Shown here piece by piece: positions 27,943-38,736 of a stretch of 64,000 nt of DNA. Position 1 is the first letter of the stretch. The number at the start of each line of letters is the position of its first letter. Both the position numbers and the translations under genes were made by a program. The stretch covers positions 11,531 to 75,530 of the forward strand of contig CAYFRM010000075.1 of the NCBI GenBank assembly GCA_964345635.1. The letters run 5' to 3'. Under the pieces are notes generated by a model. It was given only the letters and a program-made list of their open reading frames with translations. It had not been told where the DNA came from and made no database searches. This DNA comes from an uncultured Clostridia bacterium (lineage in GTDB: Bacteria; UBA6262; WVXT01).

Positions 27943-28587
27943 TTGCTGAGTAGACTATCACGAAAATTCTATTCCCGCAACACGGGAATCGTAGCCAAAG
28001 AATTATTGGGTAAGACCCTTGTCCACAAAACGGATGAGGGCATAATTTCGGGTAAAATTGTCGAAACAGAAGCCTATCTTGGCCAGAAGGACCCGGGAAG
28101 CCATGCTTACAGGGGAGTGACCAAGCGCAACCGGATAATGTTTGGTCCGGCAGGAAAAGCGTATGTCTATCTGGTATACGGGAACCACTATTGCTTTAAC
28201 GTGGTCACGGAAAAGGATGGTGAAGCCGGCGCGGTTCTAATCAGGGCCTTAGAACCCCGGGAAGGCATAAGACTAATGAAAAAACACAGAAGAATAGACG
28301 GCCCCCTGACTTGCCTCACCAATGGCCCGGGCAAGTTGACCAAGGCTTTAGGCATTACGGGGTCGATGAACGGGATTGACTTAACGGGAAACAGACTGTT
28401 TGTCTCTCAAATTGCTTCCCCAAAGAATAAAAGCGCCTCAAAAGACTCTAACGTCATCGCTACGGGTCGTGTGGGCATAAGAAGAGGAAAGAATTTTCCC
28501 TATCGGTATTATATTGAAGGAAGTAAGTTCGTATCCCGCACCATCGTCATTCGCAAAAAACCACTCACCCGGGATAGTCGTGAATAG
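27943..28587 (+). CDS. DNA-3-methyladenine glycosylase (Mpg/AAG family)
   Basis: 214 aa; 'GKIVETEAYLG..DPGSHAY..GPAGKAYVYLVYGNHYCFNVV' AAG-family motifs. Confidence 0.8.
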   Translation: MLSRLSRKFYSRNTGIVAKELLGKTLVHKTDEGIISGKIVETEAYLGQKDPGSHAYRGVTKRNRIMFGPAGKAYVYLVYGNHYCFNVVTEKDGEAGAVLIRALEPREGIRLMKKHRRIDGPLTCLTNGPGKLTKALGITGSMNGIDLTGNRLFVSQIASPKNKSASKDSNVIATGRVGIRRGKNFPYRYYIEGSKFVSRTIVIRKKPLTRDSRE

Positions 28588-28619
28588 CCTGAGGGGGAGA
28601 TTAGAAAGGAAACGATAAT

Positions 28620-29573
28620 TTGAACCTTACAGAATTTTACAAATTTGTTGTAGAAGAAGGAATTTCTCAGGACCCTCGCGGGGTGGAGAGAGTTAAACTC
28701 GATATGAAGAGGAGAAAAGAAGAGTTTGAAAAAATGGAAGGAGCGAAAAAGAGAGGGTTTGACCAGGAAACCCTTACCAATCCTTACAGCGATACCAGAA
28801 TATTAAACGATACCAAAAAAGAAGTAAAAAACATTCTCGTAGGAATCGATATCGAAACCCCGGAACTACTACTGGCCGATCGCCTGAAGTCGCAAGGGAA
28901 AAAGATCGATTTAGTCCTCGCTCACCATCCCGAGGGCCGCGCCTATGCCAATTTCTATGAAGTTATGGGCATGCAAGCAGACATTCTTAACAAGTATGGT
29001 GTTCCTATAAACATAGCGGAGGACCTTCTGGCAAAGAGAATGAAGGATGTCAGCCGCAAGGTAATGCCGGTAAACCACTTCCGGGCAGTGGATGCGGCAG
29101 AGTTACTCGATATTTCCTTTATTTGTGTGCATACTCCCGCAGATAATTTTGTAACTTCGTATTTACAGGAGTTAATGGATAAGAAAGAACCGGAAAGAGT
29201 AGAAGATACTATTGGGCTGTTGCAGGACGTACCGGAATATGAACAGGCCACCGCGAGAGGCAGTGGACCTAAGGTCACGGTTGGTTCTGAAAAGAGGCGG
29301 GCAGGAAAGATATTCGTGGATATGACCGGTGGCACCGAAGGGTCGGAAGAAGCTTTGGAAAAACTGAGTGATTCGGGAGTGGGAACCATAGTGGGAATGC
29401 ATATGAGCGAGAAACATTATCATAACGCAGAAAAATTCCACATAAATGTAGTAATTGCCGGTCATATGGCCTCCGATACTCTGGGGCTTAATCTACTGTT
29501 AGACCGGGCTATAAAGAAGTTCGGCCCTCTGAACGTCATTTCCTGCTCAGGTTTTTACCGCGTCGATAGATAG
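28620..29573 (+). CDS. Nif3-family dinuclear metal-centre protein (YbgI/YqfO-like)
   Basis: 317 aa; 'DLVLAHHPEG' and C-terminal 'IAGHMASDTLGLN' resemble Nif3 metal-binding motifs. Confidence 0.55.
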   Translation: MNLTEFYKFVVEEGISQDPRGVERVKLDMKRRKEEFEKMEGAKKRGFDQETLTNPYSDTRILNDTKKEVKNILVGIDIETPELLLADRLKSQGKKIDLVLAHHPEGRAYANFYEVMGMQADILNKYGVPINIAEDLLAKRMKDVSRKVMPVNHFRAVDAAELLDISFICVHTPADNFVTSYLQELMDKKEPERVEDTIGLLQDVPEYEQATARGSGPKVTVGSEKRRAGKIFVDMTGGTEGSEEALEKLSDSGVGTIVGMHMSEKHYHNAEKFHINVVIAGHMASDTLGLNLLLDRAIKKFGPLNVISCSGFYRVDR

Positions 29574-29647
29574 ACTTTCCAGGATAAAAAAGAAAAGCTT
29601 CCTTTCCCCGCGGGGGAGAGGCTTGGAATGAGGGGGTAGCGGTTACT

Positions 29648-31474
29648 TTGGCTATTCCGGGTTATTTAATAGACCAGATACGGCAAAGCAATAATATCGT
29701 AGAGATCATTTCTGGATATCTACCGCTAAGGAAGACAGGAAGCAATTTTAAAGCGCTCTGTCCGTTTCATCAGGAAAAGACGCCTTCTTTCATCGTTTCG
29801 CCGCAAAAAGAGATATTCCATTGCTTCGGTTGCGGAGAAGGAGGGAACGTCTTCAATTTCCTGATGAAGCACGAGAAGATAAGTTTTATGGAGGCTGTGG
29901 AAAGATTGGCTGAGCGGGCAGGGATTACTCTTCCCCAAGATAGAGCCAGCTCGGAGCAAGCTTCCAGGATTTCTCAGGAGAGAAAGAGTCTTTTTGAAAT
30001 CAATTATAATGCCGCCGACTTTTTTCATCGCTGTTTAAAGAGTTCCCCATCCGCTCAAAAGGCGCGGGAATATCTCAAAAAGAGAGGATTGAAAGAAGAG
30101 ACTATTAATAAATTCAGGATGGGCTATGCCCCTGGGAGAGGAGGTCTCCTGGCGGCGGCTGTAAAAAAAGGCTATTCCCGGGAGCTCTTGAAGAAGGCCG
30201 GGTTAGTCACTTTTTCCGAAAAAGTAAACGATTATCGCGACCTGTTTTTCGAGCGGATTATTTTTCCCATTTCCGACGTTCAGTCCAGGATAATTGCCTT
30301 TGGCGGCAGGACTTTGGGAGAACGACAACCCAAATACCTGAATTCTCCCGAAACCACGGTCTTTTATAAAGGAAAGACTCTTTACGCGCTCAATCTCGCC
30401 AGGGAGTCTATTCAGAAAAAGAATCAGATTGTGGTTCTTGAGGGATATACAGATGTTCTCTCTTGCCACCAGTTTGGAGTAGAGAACAGCGTGGCCACTC
30501 TGGGAACCGCTTTGACCGGAGACCATGTTTCCATAATATCACGCTACGCCGAAGAGGTAGTAATAGTCTACGATGCCGATACCGCGGGGGTTAAGGCCGC
30601 GTTAAGAGGGCTGGACCTATTGATAGGGAGTGGACTGAAAGTGAAAGTAGTAGCCCTCCCGCAAGGCACCGACCCTGACGATTTCCTCCGCTCTCAAGGG
30701 GCAGCAAGATTTCAAAGAGAAATTTCCCGGGCACTCTCTCTAGTCGATTATCGCATTAAGTTGGTTTCCCAGGATACCGATATGAATAGTTCCGAAGGAA
30801 GGGTTGCCGTGGTGGAAGAGGTGTTGCCCACCATTGCCAGAATAAAGAATCTGGTGGAGCAGAAAGAAGAAGTTAAGAAGTTATCCCGCTTAATTTCCGT
30901 GGATGAAGAGACGTTACTGTTGGAACTGGGGAGGATAAACAAGAAGACGTACCGCTGGGAAGAGCCTTCTTATAAAAAGGAACTGGCCAGAGATTTTTCC
31001 GGCACCACTTCCGAACAAGGCATCCTCAAGGCGGAAAAAGGGTTGGTACAGGTAATGCTTAATTATCCTGAAGAAATTGAGACGATCAAAGCGGAAATCG
31101 CAGCCGAAGACTTTTTTATCGACGAGCTTTGCAAAATTGTGAAGGTTATATACGAATTATATGACAAGAGAAAATCTGTAAACCCGGCGATAATTATGGA
31201 TAGAATTTACAGCCGGGACCTGCAATTTTCAGCCAGGATCAATCAGGTTATCGCCTCCCTGGCTATGGAAGAGAAAAAAGCAGAATACTCGCCGGAGACG
31301 GTTAACGCATTGATCTGTAGGGTAAAGATGCACAAGCCGGAAGAGGAATACAGAAGAATAGGAGAAGAGGTTGCAACTTTGATAGATAAAGGATTACCGG
31401 TAGGACGAAAAAAAATAGAAAAGCTTCAAAAACTAACAAAGCAACTCAAGGGAAGCAAAAATGAAAGAATATAA
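29648..31474 (+). CDS. dnaG: DNA primase
   Basis: 608 aa; zinc-binding '[16 protein letters not shown]', TOPRIM 'VVLEGYTDV'. Confidence 0.9.
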   Translation: MAIPGYLIDQIRQSNNIVEIISGYLPLRKTGSNFKALCPFHQEKTPSFIVSPQKEIFHCFGCGEGGNVFNFLMKHEKISFMEAVERLAERAGITLPQDRASSEQASRISQERKSLFEINYNAADFFHRCLKSSPSAQKAREYLKKRGLKEETINKFRMGYAPGRGGLLAAAVKKGYSRELLKKAGLVTFSEKVNDYRDLFFERIIFPISDVQSRIIAFGGRTLGERQPKYLNSPETTVFYKGKTLYALNLARESIQKKNQIVVLEGYTDVLSCHQFGVENSVATLGTALTGDHVSIISRYAEEVVIVYDADTAGVKAALRGLDLLIGSGLKVKVVALPQGTDPDDFLRSQGAARFQREISRALSLVDYRIKLVSQDTDMNSSEGRVAVVEEVLPTIARIKNLVEQKEEVKKLSRLISVDEETLLLELGRINKKTYRWEEPSYKKELARDFSGTTSEQGILKAEKGLVQVMLNYPEEIETIKAEIAAEDFFIDELCKIVKVIYELYDKRKSVNPAIIMDRIYSRDLQFSARINQVIASLAMEEKKAEYSPETVNALICRVKMHKPEEEYRRIGEEVATLIDKGLPVGRKKIEKLQKLTKQLKGSKNERI

Positions 31475-33185
31475 AGAAAAAATTTCCGAGTTGATCGAAC
31501 AGGGAAAAGAGACGGGAAAACTAACCTATCAGGAGATAAACGAGCAACTTCCCGAAAGTATAGTCGATTCTGACGAAATAGACGATATTCTCAGTAAACT
31601 TGACGAGCTGGGAATCGATGTCGTAGATAAAATTGCCCTGATTGAAAGGCCGGAGAAAGCAGAGGAGGAAAAGGGAGGTTTAGTCCCCATAACTCCCGCT
31701 ACCGAAATAGAGACGAGCGATTCCATAAAGATGTACCTGAACGAGATGGGCAAGGTTTCTCTGCTCAGTCGCGCTCAGGAGATGCATTTAGCCAAGAGCA
31801 TAAAGGACAATGAAAAAAAGCTGAAACAAGTAGCGTTAGAATCACCTATAGCTTTAAGGGAGATAAAGCTAATGGGTAAGATGTTAGAGAAACGCGAAAT
31901 TACTCCCAAGGAGTTGATGCCGCGGGGTCGAAAGACCGGCGCGGCTTTGGCCAGAATGAGGCAGAAGATGAAAAGGGTCGTTCGGGAAATCACCAAAGGC
32001 GAGAGAAAAATCCTGGCCTACGAGAAGAGATTGAAAGCGAAGAGAATTACTCCTAAGTCAAGAGAGAAAGTGGAGAAATTATTGTCCCAGGAAAAGAAGA
32101 AAATTCTGCAGCAAATTCTGGATTTGAACTTGAAAGCAGATAAGATTAAGAAAATAATTATAAAAATCAAACACACGGGTCTAAGATTGAGACAGATAGA
32201 AAAAGAAAGCGCTTACTATCAACGAAAGCTTAAACTTTCCTTTCCTGAGGCTAGGAAACTATGGCGCAGAGCCAGGGCGAGGAAAATGTCCCGGGTGGAA
32301 TTCAAGAAGAAAACGGGAGTAACCATAAAAGAGATCAAGGGAATACACAAGAATTTGAGGAACGTGTCTCAGCGTCTCCTGCAGCTGCAGCGAGCGGTGG
32401 GAATGGACTTCTTGGCGATAAAGGAGCTGCACAAGCAGGTTATGCAACTGGAGTCAGAAATTCTCGACGGTAAACTGAAACTGGTTAAGGCAAACTTGAG
32501 GCTGGTGGTCAGTATTGCCAAGAAACATATCAATCCCAACCTTTCTTTGTTAGATTTGATTCAGGAGGGCAGTATCGGGCTGATGAAAGCGGTTGACAAA
32601 TTCGAATATAAGAGGGGGTTTAAGTTTTCCACGTATGCAACCTGGTGGATCAGGCAGTCTATAAATCGGGCAATAGCCGACCAGGCCCGCACTATTAGAA
32701 TTCCTGTACATATGAAAGAGATTATTAGCAAATTGACCAAAATTGCCCGGCGCTATCGTCAGAAATACGGGCGCGATCCTCTAATTGAAGAATATGCCAA
32801 GGAAATGAAGATGGCGCCGGAAAGAATACGCGCCGTGCTGAAGATAATGCAAGAGCCGATATCCCTGGCTACTCCCATCGGCGAGGAAGAAGAAAGCCAC
32901 CTGGAAGATTTCATCGAAGACCGCGATAACCTGTCCCCGGTGAATATTGCCCTGGATGTTCTACGCCAGAAGGAGATAGAGAAAGTATTGTCTACTTTGA
33001 CCGAACGGGAGGCAAAGATTATCAAATTGAGATTTGGTATCGGAGTGGGATATCCCCGCACTTTAGAAGAGGTAGGCCATATATTTAATGTAACCAGAGA
33101 AAGAGTGAGACAGATCGAGGCAAAAGCGATAAGAAAACTGCGACATCCTTCACGTAGCAAGTATTTGAGAGAATACGTTGAATAA
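31461..33185 (+). CDS. rpoD: RNA polymerase sigma factor RpoD (sigma-70)
   Basis: 574 aa; region 2.4 '[11 protein letters not shown]', region 4.2 '[16 protein letters not shown]'; dnaG-rpoD synteny. Confidence 0.9.
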   Translation: MKEYKEKISELIEQGKETGKLTYQEINEQLPESIVDSDEIDDILSKLDELGIDVVDKIALIERPEKAEEEKGGLVPITPATEIETSDSIKMYLNEMGKVSLLSRAQEMHLAKSIKDNEKKLKQVALESPIALREIKLMGKMLEKREITPKELMPRGRKTGAALARMRQKMKRVVREITKGERKILAYEKRLKAKRITPKSREKVEKLLSQEKKKILQQILDLNLKADKIKKIIIKIKHTGLRLRQIEKESAYYQRKLKLSFPEARKLWRRARARKMSRVEFKKKTGVTIKEIKGIHKNLRNVSQRLLQLQRAVGMDFLAIKELHKQVMQLESEILDGKLKLVKANLRLVVSIAKKHINPNLSLLDLIQEGSIGLMKAVDKFEYKRGFKFSTYATWWIRQSINRAIADQARTIRIPVHMKEIISKLTKIARRYRQKYGRDPLIEEYAKEMKMAPERIRAVLKIMQEPISLATPIGEEEESHLEDFIEDRDNLSPVNIALDVLRQKEIEKVLSTLTEREAKIIKLRFGIGVGYPRTLEEVGHIFNVTRERVRQIEAKAIRKLRHPSRSKYLREYVE

Positions 33186-33208
33186 AAAAAGGGGACAGGC
33201 TACTTTTT
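33184..33208 (+). repeat. Repeat family C, solo copy C2 (A7-GGGGACAGGCTAC-T5) immediately after rpoD stop
   Basis: Exact reverse complement of C1b/C5b core. Confidence 0.7.
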
Positions 33209-33254
33209 GACCCAGCAGAGCGAAGCTGTGGCGTGCCATGTGCCAATATATATA

Positions 33255-33303
33255 AAATCCCTGAGTTTTGGAAGGTTATCTTTTTTGACTCAGGGATTTT
33301 TTT
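33255..33303 (+). terminator. Rho-independent terminator after rpoD
   Basis: AAATCCCTGAGT..ACTCAGGGATTT inverted repeat followed by T7 run. Confidence 0.6.
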
Positions 33304-33351
33304 GTTGATTATTCTTTGCAAAAAAGTTAGATTAAAGAAGCAGGAGGCAGA

Positions 33352-35457
33352 ATGGCAAGAAAAATTCGCAAGAGAGATGGCAGGATAGTAAGTTTTGACC
33401 GAAATAAGATCACCAGGGCTATTGAAAAATCCATCCTCTCGGTAAAGGCAAAAGACGGGACGCTGGCAGAAGCTCTATCCCGCCAGGTTATGAAGATAAT
33501 CAAGCGAAAATTCGTGGGGAAAATTCCCGGGGTTGAGGATATACAGGATATTGTGGAGAATGTTCTGATTAAGAACGGACTCACGGGAGTGGCCAAAGCA
33601 TACATCCTCTACCGCCAGAAGCGAAAGGAACTTCGTGAAGCCAAGGGAATTTTCGGCTTACAGGATGATTTGAAATTGCCGGTAAACGCCGTAAGAATTC
33701 TGGAGAAGAGATACTTACTGAGAGACGAATCCGGTAACCTAATCGAAACTCCCAAAAAAATGTTCCGCAGGGTAGCGAAAGAAGTAGCCAGCGCCGACAA
33801 TCTCTATGGAAAAAAATTTAACAGAGAAGAGACGGAAAGAAAATTCTATAGGGTAATGGCAAATCTGGAATTCATTCCCAATAGCCCTACCCTGATTAAT
33901 GCGGGGACCAGAATGGGTCAATTGTCCGCTTGTTTTGTTTTACCTGTGGAAGATTCGATGAAATCGATTTTTGCAGCAGTAAAAGATATGGCTCTAATTC
34001 ATCAATCGGGTGGAGGGACGGGATTCTCGTTTTCCAGACTAAGGCCAAAAGGAGATTTAGTGAAGTCGACCAAAGGAATTGCTTCCGGTCCTGTTTCGTT
34101 CATGCGCGTATTTGACATGGCAACGGATATAATCAAACAGGGAGGCAGGAGAAGAGGAGCAAATATGGGAATCTTGAGAATAGACCACCCCGATATCCTG
34201 GAGTTCGTTACCGCCAAAACCAGGGAAGGAGCCTTTGCCAATTTCAATCTCTCGGTTGCCATTACGGATAAGTTTATGAAATTGCTGGAGGCAAACAAGG
34301 AGTACGAGCTGGTAAATCCCAGAACGAGAAAACCTATCAGCAAATTAAGAGCCAGAGACGTATTTAATTTGATAGTGGCAATGGCGTGGAAGACAGGAGA
34401 CCCCGGTCTTGTGTTTATTGACCAGATAAATAGAAAAAATCCTACCGTCCATACGGGAATAATAGAAAGCACTAACCCTTGTGGTGAACAGCCCTTATTG
34501 CCGTATGAGTCCTGCGTTTTGGGTTCAATAAATCTATCGAGGATGATAGACAGGGACAAGATAGACTGGGAAAAATTAAGAGGTGTAGTGAGAACAGCCG
34601 TCCATTTTCTGGATAACGTTATCGATGTCAACAGGTACCCACTCCCCCGGATAGAGAGAATGACAAAAAGTAACAGGAAGATTGGCCTGGGCGTTATGGG
34701 ATTTGCCGAAATGTTGATCAAACTGGGCATTTCTTATAATTCCCGGGAAGGAGTTAGTATTGCCGAAAATATTATGAAATTTATAACCAGAGAAGCGAGA
34801 GAAAAATCGAAGAAGCTGGCAAAGCTGAGGGGAGTCTTTCCCAACTTCAAGGGAAGCATCTGGGATAAGAGAAAAATAAGGATGCGAAATGCCTGTTTAA
34901 CCACAATAGCACCTACGGGCACGATAAGCACGATTGCCGGTTGTTCCAGTGGCATAGAGCCTTTGTTTGCCATATCTTACGTCCGCAGGATACTGGAAGG
35001 CACGCAATTTCTGGAGACCAACGGTCTGTTCGAAGAGATAGCGAAGGAGAAAGGATTTTACGATAAAAAACTGCTAATGGAGATAGCAAAGAAGGGCTCC
35101 ATACGACACATGAAGAAGATTCCTCCGTCCGTAAGGAAAATATTTGTGACCGCTTTTGACATCTCTCCCGAATGGCATGTGAAGATGCAGGCGCCTTTTC
35201 AGAAACATACGCATAATGCGGTATCAAAGACGGTAAATCTTCCGTACGAAGCTACAGTGGAAGAAGTAGAAAAAGTCTACAAACTCGCGTTTAAACTCGG
35301 ATGCAAAGGAGTTACCGTCTATCGGTATGGAAGCAAACCTCAACAGGTACTTTATCTCGGGCCCGCCCCTAAACGGGTGGGAGAAGAAGAGGCTGGTTAC
35401 GTTAGCGTTGATTCGGAGTATGCCGGAGGTTGCCCGGCTCCCTACTGTCTCTTCTGA
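33352..35457 (+). CDS. nrdJ: Class II (adenosylcobalamin-dependent) ribonucleotide reductase with N-terminal ATP-cone
   Basis: 701 aa; ATP-cone 'KRDGRIVSFDRNKITRAI'; 'NPCGEQPL' active-site Cys motif; no separate beta subunit nearby. Confidence 0.85.
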   Translation: MARKIRKRDGRIVSFDRNKITRAIEKSILSVKAKDGTLAEALSRQVMKIIKRKFVGKIPGVEDIQDIVENVLIKNGLTGVAKAYILYRQKRKELREAKGIFGLQDDLKLPVNAVRILEKRYLLRDESGNLIETPKKMFRRVAKEVASADNLYGKKFNREETERKFYRVMANLEFIPNSPTLINAGTRMGQLSACFVLPVEDSMKSIFAAVKDMALIHQSGGGTGFSFSRLRPKGDLVKSTKGIASGPVSFMRVFDMATDIIKQGGRRRGANMGILRIDHPDILEFVTAKTREGAFANFNLSVAITDKFMKLLEANKEYELVNPRTRKPISKLRARDVFNLIVAMAWKTGDPGLVFIDQINRKNPTVHTGIIESTNPCGEQPLLPYESCVLGSINLSRMIDRDKIDWEKLRGVVRTAVHFLDNVIDVNRYPLPRIERMTKSNRKIGLGVMGFAEMLIKLGISYNSREGVSIAENIMKFITREAREKSKKLAKLRGVFPNFKGSIWDKRKIRMRNACLTTIAPTGTISTIAGCSSGIEPLFAISYVRRILEGTQFLETNGLFEEIAKEKGFYDKKLLMEIAKKGSIRHMKKIPPSVRKIFVTAFDISPEWHVKMQAPFQKHTHNAVSKTVNLPYEATVEEVEKVYKLAFKLGCKGVTVYRYGSKPQQVLYLGPAPKRVGEEEAGYVSVDSEYAGGCPAPYCLF

Positions 35458-35460
35458 ACA

Positions 35461-35485
35461 AAAAAGGGGACAGGTACTTTTTTGC
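35461..35485 (+). repeat. Repeat family C, solo copy C3 after nrdJ stop
   Basis: AAAAAAGGGGACAGGTACTTTTTTG. Confidence 0.7.
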
Positions 35486-35530
35486 ATTTTTGACGATCCC
35501 GGAGAGTCCAAGTAAAATTCCAGGCACAAT

Positions 35531-35770
35531 TTGGAATATCTATTGAAAGTAAATGTAAGATTATTTGCCAGCGTTCGTAAGTTTTCCCGGAAAGACAATC
35601 TGGAGGTAAACATCAAGGAAGATTCCCGCGTGAGCGATTTACTTTCCCAGATAGGAATCCCCGAGGATGAGCCTCTTCTGGTCGTTGTCAACGAGTGCAC
35701 AGGGGGGAAGGAGACCCTGCTTCAGGATGGGGACACTCTTTGCCTCTTCCCGATAATTGCGGGAGGATAA
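35531..35770 (+). CDS. MoaD/ThiS-family sulfur-carrier-like small protein
   Basis: 79 aa ending in Gly-Gly ('LFPIIAGG'), beta-grasp length. Confidence 0.55.
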   Translation: MEYLLKVNVRLFASVRKFSRKDNLEVNIKEDSRVSDLLSQIGIPEDEPLLVVVNECTGGKETLLQDGDTLCLFPIIAGG

Positions 35771-35771
35771 G

Positions 35772-37508
35772 ATGTTTGGATGGAACGGGAAGATAGCAAA
35801 TGTTTACTTGACCGAAAAGAGAACAGAAATCGTTTCCCTGGGCGAAAAATTCCTCAGCAACTACCTGGGAGGGCGTGGTCTAGGAGTAAAATTCGTCTAC
35901 GATTTGGTGAAGCCTGATATCGACCCGCTCTCTTCGGAAAATATCCTCGTGTTTGCTGCCGGACCCCTCACTGGCACCACTTGCCCTACTTCCGGACGAT
36001 ATGCCGCTGTTTCCAAATCTCCCCTAACCGGCTCCATATTCGATTCTAACAGTGGCGGGAGCTTTGGCCCGGAGTTAAAGTTCGCCGGAATTGACGGGTT
36101 AGTAATATATGGAAGGGCAGAACAACCTGTATACATAGAGATTCATAATGACAAAATCTCCATAAAAGATGCAAAACATCTCTGGGGCAGAAATACGCGG
36201 GAAGTCACCCGGGAATTATCGAAATTGGGAAGAGTTGCCTGTATAGGGAAAGCGGGAGAGAAAGGAGTAAGGTTTGCCAACATAATGAACGACTATGCCC
36301 ATACTTGCGGTCGTGGCGGATTGGGAGCTGTGATGGGCAGCAAGAATCTAAAAGCAATCGTGGTGAAAGGAGACGGGAAAGTATCCATCTCCGACAGGGA
36401 AAGATATAAGAAGTATTTTCAAGATATAACCAGGCTTCTCGTAGCCAGCCCGGTGTCTTCGAAAGGTCTTAGCGAGTACGGAACGGCAGTTCTTGTTAAC
36501 CTGACAAATTATATGAGGATTCTTCCTACGGGTAATTTCAGGTTTTCCCGGTTCGATTTTGCTGAGGAGATTTCCGGCGAGAAGATAAATTCGGTTTTTT
36601 CCGTGAAAAAGACGCCTTGTTATGCTTGTCCCATAGCCTGCAAGCGTGAAGTCAAAGACACGGAAATGGAAGTACCGGAATACGAAACCATAAGTATGTT
36701 CGGTTCTTCCTGCAGGATTTCCGACATTCGAACTATAATGAAGGCAAATAGACTATGCAATGAGTACGGTATGGATACCATTACTGCAGGCAGCACTATC
36801 GCCTGCCATTCGGAACTGAACGGAGAAGAGCTAACAGACAAGAAATTATTGGAGTTAGTTGAATCAATCGGTGAAAAGAAGGGTATCGGTGAAGAATTGT
36901 CCCAGGGTTCAATGAGATTTGCCAGAGCCAATAAGCAACCCGATAAAAGCATGCAAGTAAAAGGGCTGGAGTTACCCGGTTATGACCCCAGAGGAGTTCT
37001 GGGATTGGCTTTGGGATATGCCACTTCCAATAGAGGGGGATGCCACCTGAGAGCGTATATGATTGGTCCCGAAATTTTTGGCAAGCCGAAACTGGTAAAC
37101 AGGCTTACTTTCTCCGGAAAGTCCGGTCTTGTACAGGTCATCCAGAATCTGTTCACCGCAGTCGATTCTCTGGTAGTCTGTAAATTTGCCCTGTTCAGCG
37201 CGGGAGAAGAAGAGTGGGCAAATATTCTAAGTGCGGTAACGGGAATAGAATTTGTCTCGGAAAGTCTGCTGGAGATAGGAGAAAGAATCTGGAATATAGA
37301 AAGATTGTTCAATCTGAAAGAGAAATTCGGTAATAAGGACGACACTCTTCCGGAAAGATTTTTTCAAGAAGACGGAGGAGTGGAGGGCAGAAATATTAAG
37401 AAAGGAGAGTTTCTGGCATCTCTTCTGGAATACTATCGATTCCGGGGATGGAATAGAAAAGGCATACCCACTAAAGAGAAGCTGACACAACTTAATATTC
37501 AAGTGTAG
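35772..37508 (+). CDS. Aldehyde:ferredoxin oxidoreductase (tungstopterin AOR family)
   Basis: Start at 'MFGWNGKIANVYL' 1 nt after MoaD-like stop; AOR N-terminal and 'CYACPIAC' 4Fe-4S ligand region. Confidence 0.85.
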   Translation: MFGWNGKIANVYLTEKRTEIVSLGEKFLSNYLGGRGLGVKFVYDLVKPDIDPLSSENILVFAAGPLTGTTCPTSGRYAAVSKSPLTGSIFDSNSGGSFGPELKFAGIDGLVIYGRAEQPVYIEIHNDKISIKDAKHLWGRNTREVTRELSKLGRVACIGKAGEKGVRFANIMNDYAHTCGRGGLGAVMGSKNLKAIVVKGDGKVSISDRERYKKYFQDITRLLVASPVSSKGLSEYGTAVLVNLTNYMRILPTGNFRFSRFDFAEEISGEKINSVFSVKKTPCYACPIACKREVKDTEMEVPEYETISMFGSSCRISDIRTIMKANRLCNEYGMDTITAGSTIACHSELNGEELTDKKLLELVESIGEKKGIGEELSQGSMRFARANKQPDKSMQVKGLELPGYDPRGVLGLALGYATSNRGGCHLRAYMIGPEIFGKPKLVNRLTFSGKSGLVQVIQNLFTAVDSLVVCKFALFSAGEEEWANILSAVTGIEFVSESLLEIGERIWNIERLFNLKEKFGNKDDTLPERFFQEDGGVEGRNIKKGEFLASLLEYYRFRGWNRKGIPTKEKLTQLNIQV

Positions 37509-37596
37509 GGGCTCGATTGATTGCACCCTTATTACGGGATTCCTTCCCCAAGGGGGGTAAGTATCGGGTGACAATAATTCTTCTAAAGGAGTCACA

Positions 37597-38157
37597 ATGT
37601 GGAGAGAAATTAGCAAATTCGGCAAGAAGATGGTCCAATGCGGATTAACCCATTCCCATTTCGGCAATATCAGCCTGAGAGTAGGAAACAGACTAATAAT
37701 AACCAGAAGTGGTAGCATGCTCGACGAGATTGATGAAAGTATGGTCGTGGAGTTAGACCTGGATAAGCCCAGTAGTTTCGACACCATAGCTTCTTCCGAA
37801 GCAATAGTACACAGGCATATTTATAAAGAGACTTCTGCTTTGGCCATAATCCACGCCCATTCTCCATTTGCCATAGTGCAATCGATGATTTCCTCCACGA
37901 ACCTACTAATCCCTACGGACTGCGAAAGCAAGTATTTCCTGCACGAGATTCCAATCATAACGGGAGGGGTAGGGTCAAAAGAACTTGCCCGGAACGCGGC
38001 GAATGCACTCAAAGATCACAAAGGCGCGATAATAAAAGAACACGGACCCATCACCATGGGAAAGATCGTGGAGGACGCGTTCGTAACGATATGTTCTATA
38101 GAGCATGCTTGCCAGGTAAAGTATTTTACCGACCTTTTGCTCAAGCGGAAGGGATAG
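37597..38157 (+). CDS. Class II aldolase/adducin-domain protein
   Basis: 186 aa; 'HSHFGNISLR' and 'IIHAHSP' metal-binding His motifs. Confidence 0.7.
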   Translation: MWREISKFGKKMVQCGLTHSHFGNISLRVGNRLIITRSGSMLDEIDESMVVELDLDKPSSFDTIASSEAIVHRHIYKETSALAIIHAHSPFAIVQSMISSTNLLIPTDCESKYFLHEIPIITGGVGSKELARNAANALKDHKGAIIKEHGPITMGKIVEDAFVTICSIEHACQVKYFTDLLLKRKG

Positions 38158-38238
38158 AAGTAAAAGTAGGCATCACATATTTGATGAGATCGCCCCCGAA
38201 GTCCTCCCGAAAAAGAGGGTTGATAGAAGGAGAAGAGA

Positions 38239-38493
38239 ATGATTTCCGGGCTGGTCTTTGTGCGTCTATTATCGGGACACGAAGAAGCTGTTATGGAAGC
38301 ATTAAGGCAAGTTAGCGGCGTGCAGAATGTTGTTGCTGTTTTTGGCCGGTGGGACCTGGTAGTTACCGTGCAGGTAGAAAACATAGATGAACTTGCCTTC
38401 CTTGTGATTAATAAGATAAGGGCAATTCCAGGCACCACCGCAACAGAGACACTAATTGCCGTAAGGGTCGAAAAACCAAAGATTTTGATTTAA
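38239..38493 (+). CDS. Lrp/AsnC ligand-binding (RAM) domain protein, standalone
   Basis: 84 aa; 'GRWDLVVTVQVENIDELAFLV' RAM-domain pattern, no HTH. Confidence 0.55.
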   Translation: MISGLVFVRLLSGHEEAVMEALRQVSGVQNVVAVFGRWDLVVTVQVENIDELAFLVINKIRAIPGTTATETLIAVRVEKPKILI

Positions 38494-38568
38494 CTACCGT
38501 AAGATTATCTTTTCCCGATTCCGTGTTTATTCAGGACGGGCGCGTCGGTGAAAGAAAAGAAAATGTTC

Positions 38569-38597
38569 TTGACGTTTCACTTCTTTACTAATATAAT
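38569..38597 (+). promoter_or_regulatory. Near-consensus sigma70 promoter (TTGACG-17-TATAAT) driving tRNA(CAT)
   Basis: Perfect -10, 17-nt spacer, about 30 nt upstream of tRNA 5' end. Confidence 0.5.
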
Positions 38598-38626
38598 AAG
38601 ACTACTCAAAAAAAAAGAACGCAAGT

Positions 38627-38700
38627 GGGCCCATAGCTCAGCTGGTTAGAGCACCTGACTCATAATCAGGGAGTCCTAGGTTCGAATCCTAGTGGGCCCA
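38627..38700 (+). tRNA. tRNA with CAT anticodon (elongator Met or Ile2/lysidine type; 1:72 base-paired so not initiator)
   Basis: Cloverleaf: acceptor GGGCCCA/TGGGCCC, D-arm GCTCAGCTGGTTAGAGC, anticodon loop CTCATAA, T-arm GGTTCGAATCC; CCA not encoded. Confidence 0.8.
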
Positions 38701-38736
38701 TTGTTTGTTTTGAGCCCCATAAAAAAGGAGATTATT

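Noticed and set aside
33209-33351. Cobalamin riboswitch or NrdR box upstream of nrdJ
   Set aside because: The leader after the rpoD terminator is only about 50 nt, which is too short for a B12 riboswitch. I could not identify a convincing NrdR-box dyad by eye.
34002-34730. 242-aa minus-strand ORF
   Set aside because: Lies entirely inside the well-supported + strand class II RNR gene and has low-complexity composition. It is a shadow ORF.
37227-37787. 186-aa minus-strand ORF
   Set aside because: Antisense to the AOR 3' end and the class II aldolase gene, both well supported.
38692-38736. Upstream ATG start for the Fe-ADH gene
   Set aside because: It overlaps the 3' end of the tRNA(CAT). The GTG at 38737 with an AAGGAG RBS is preferred.
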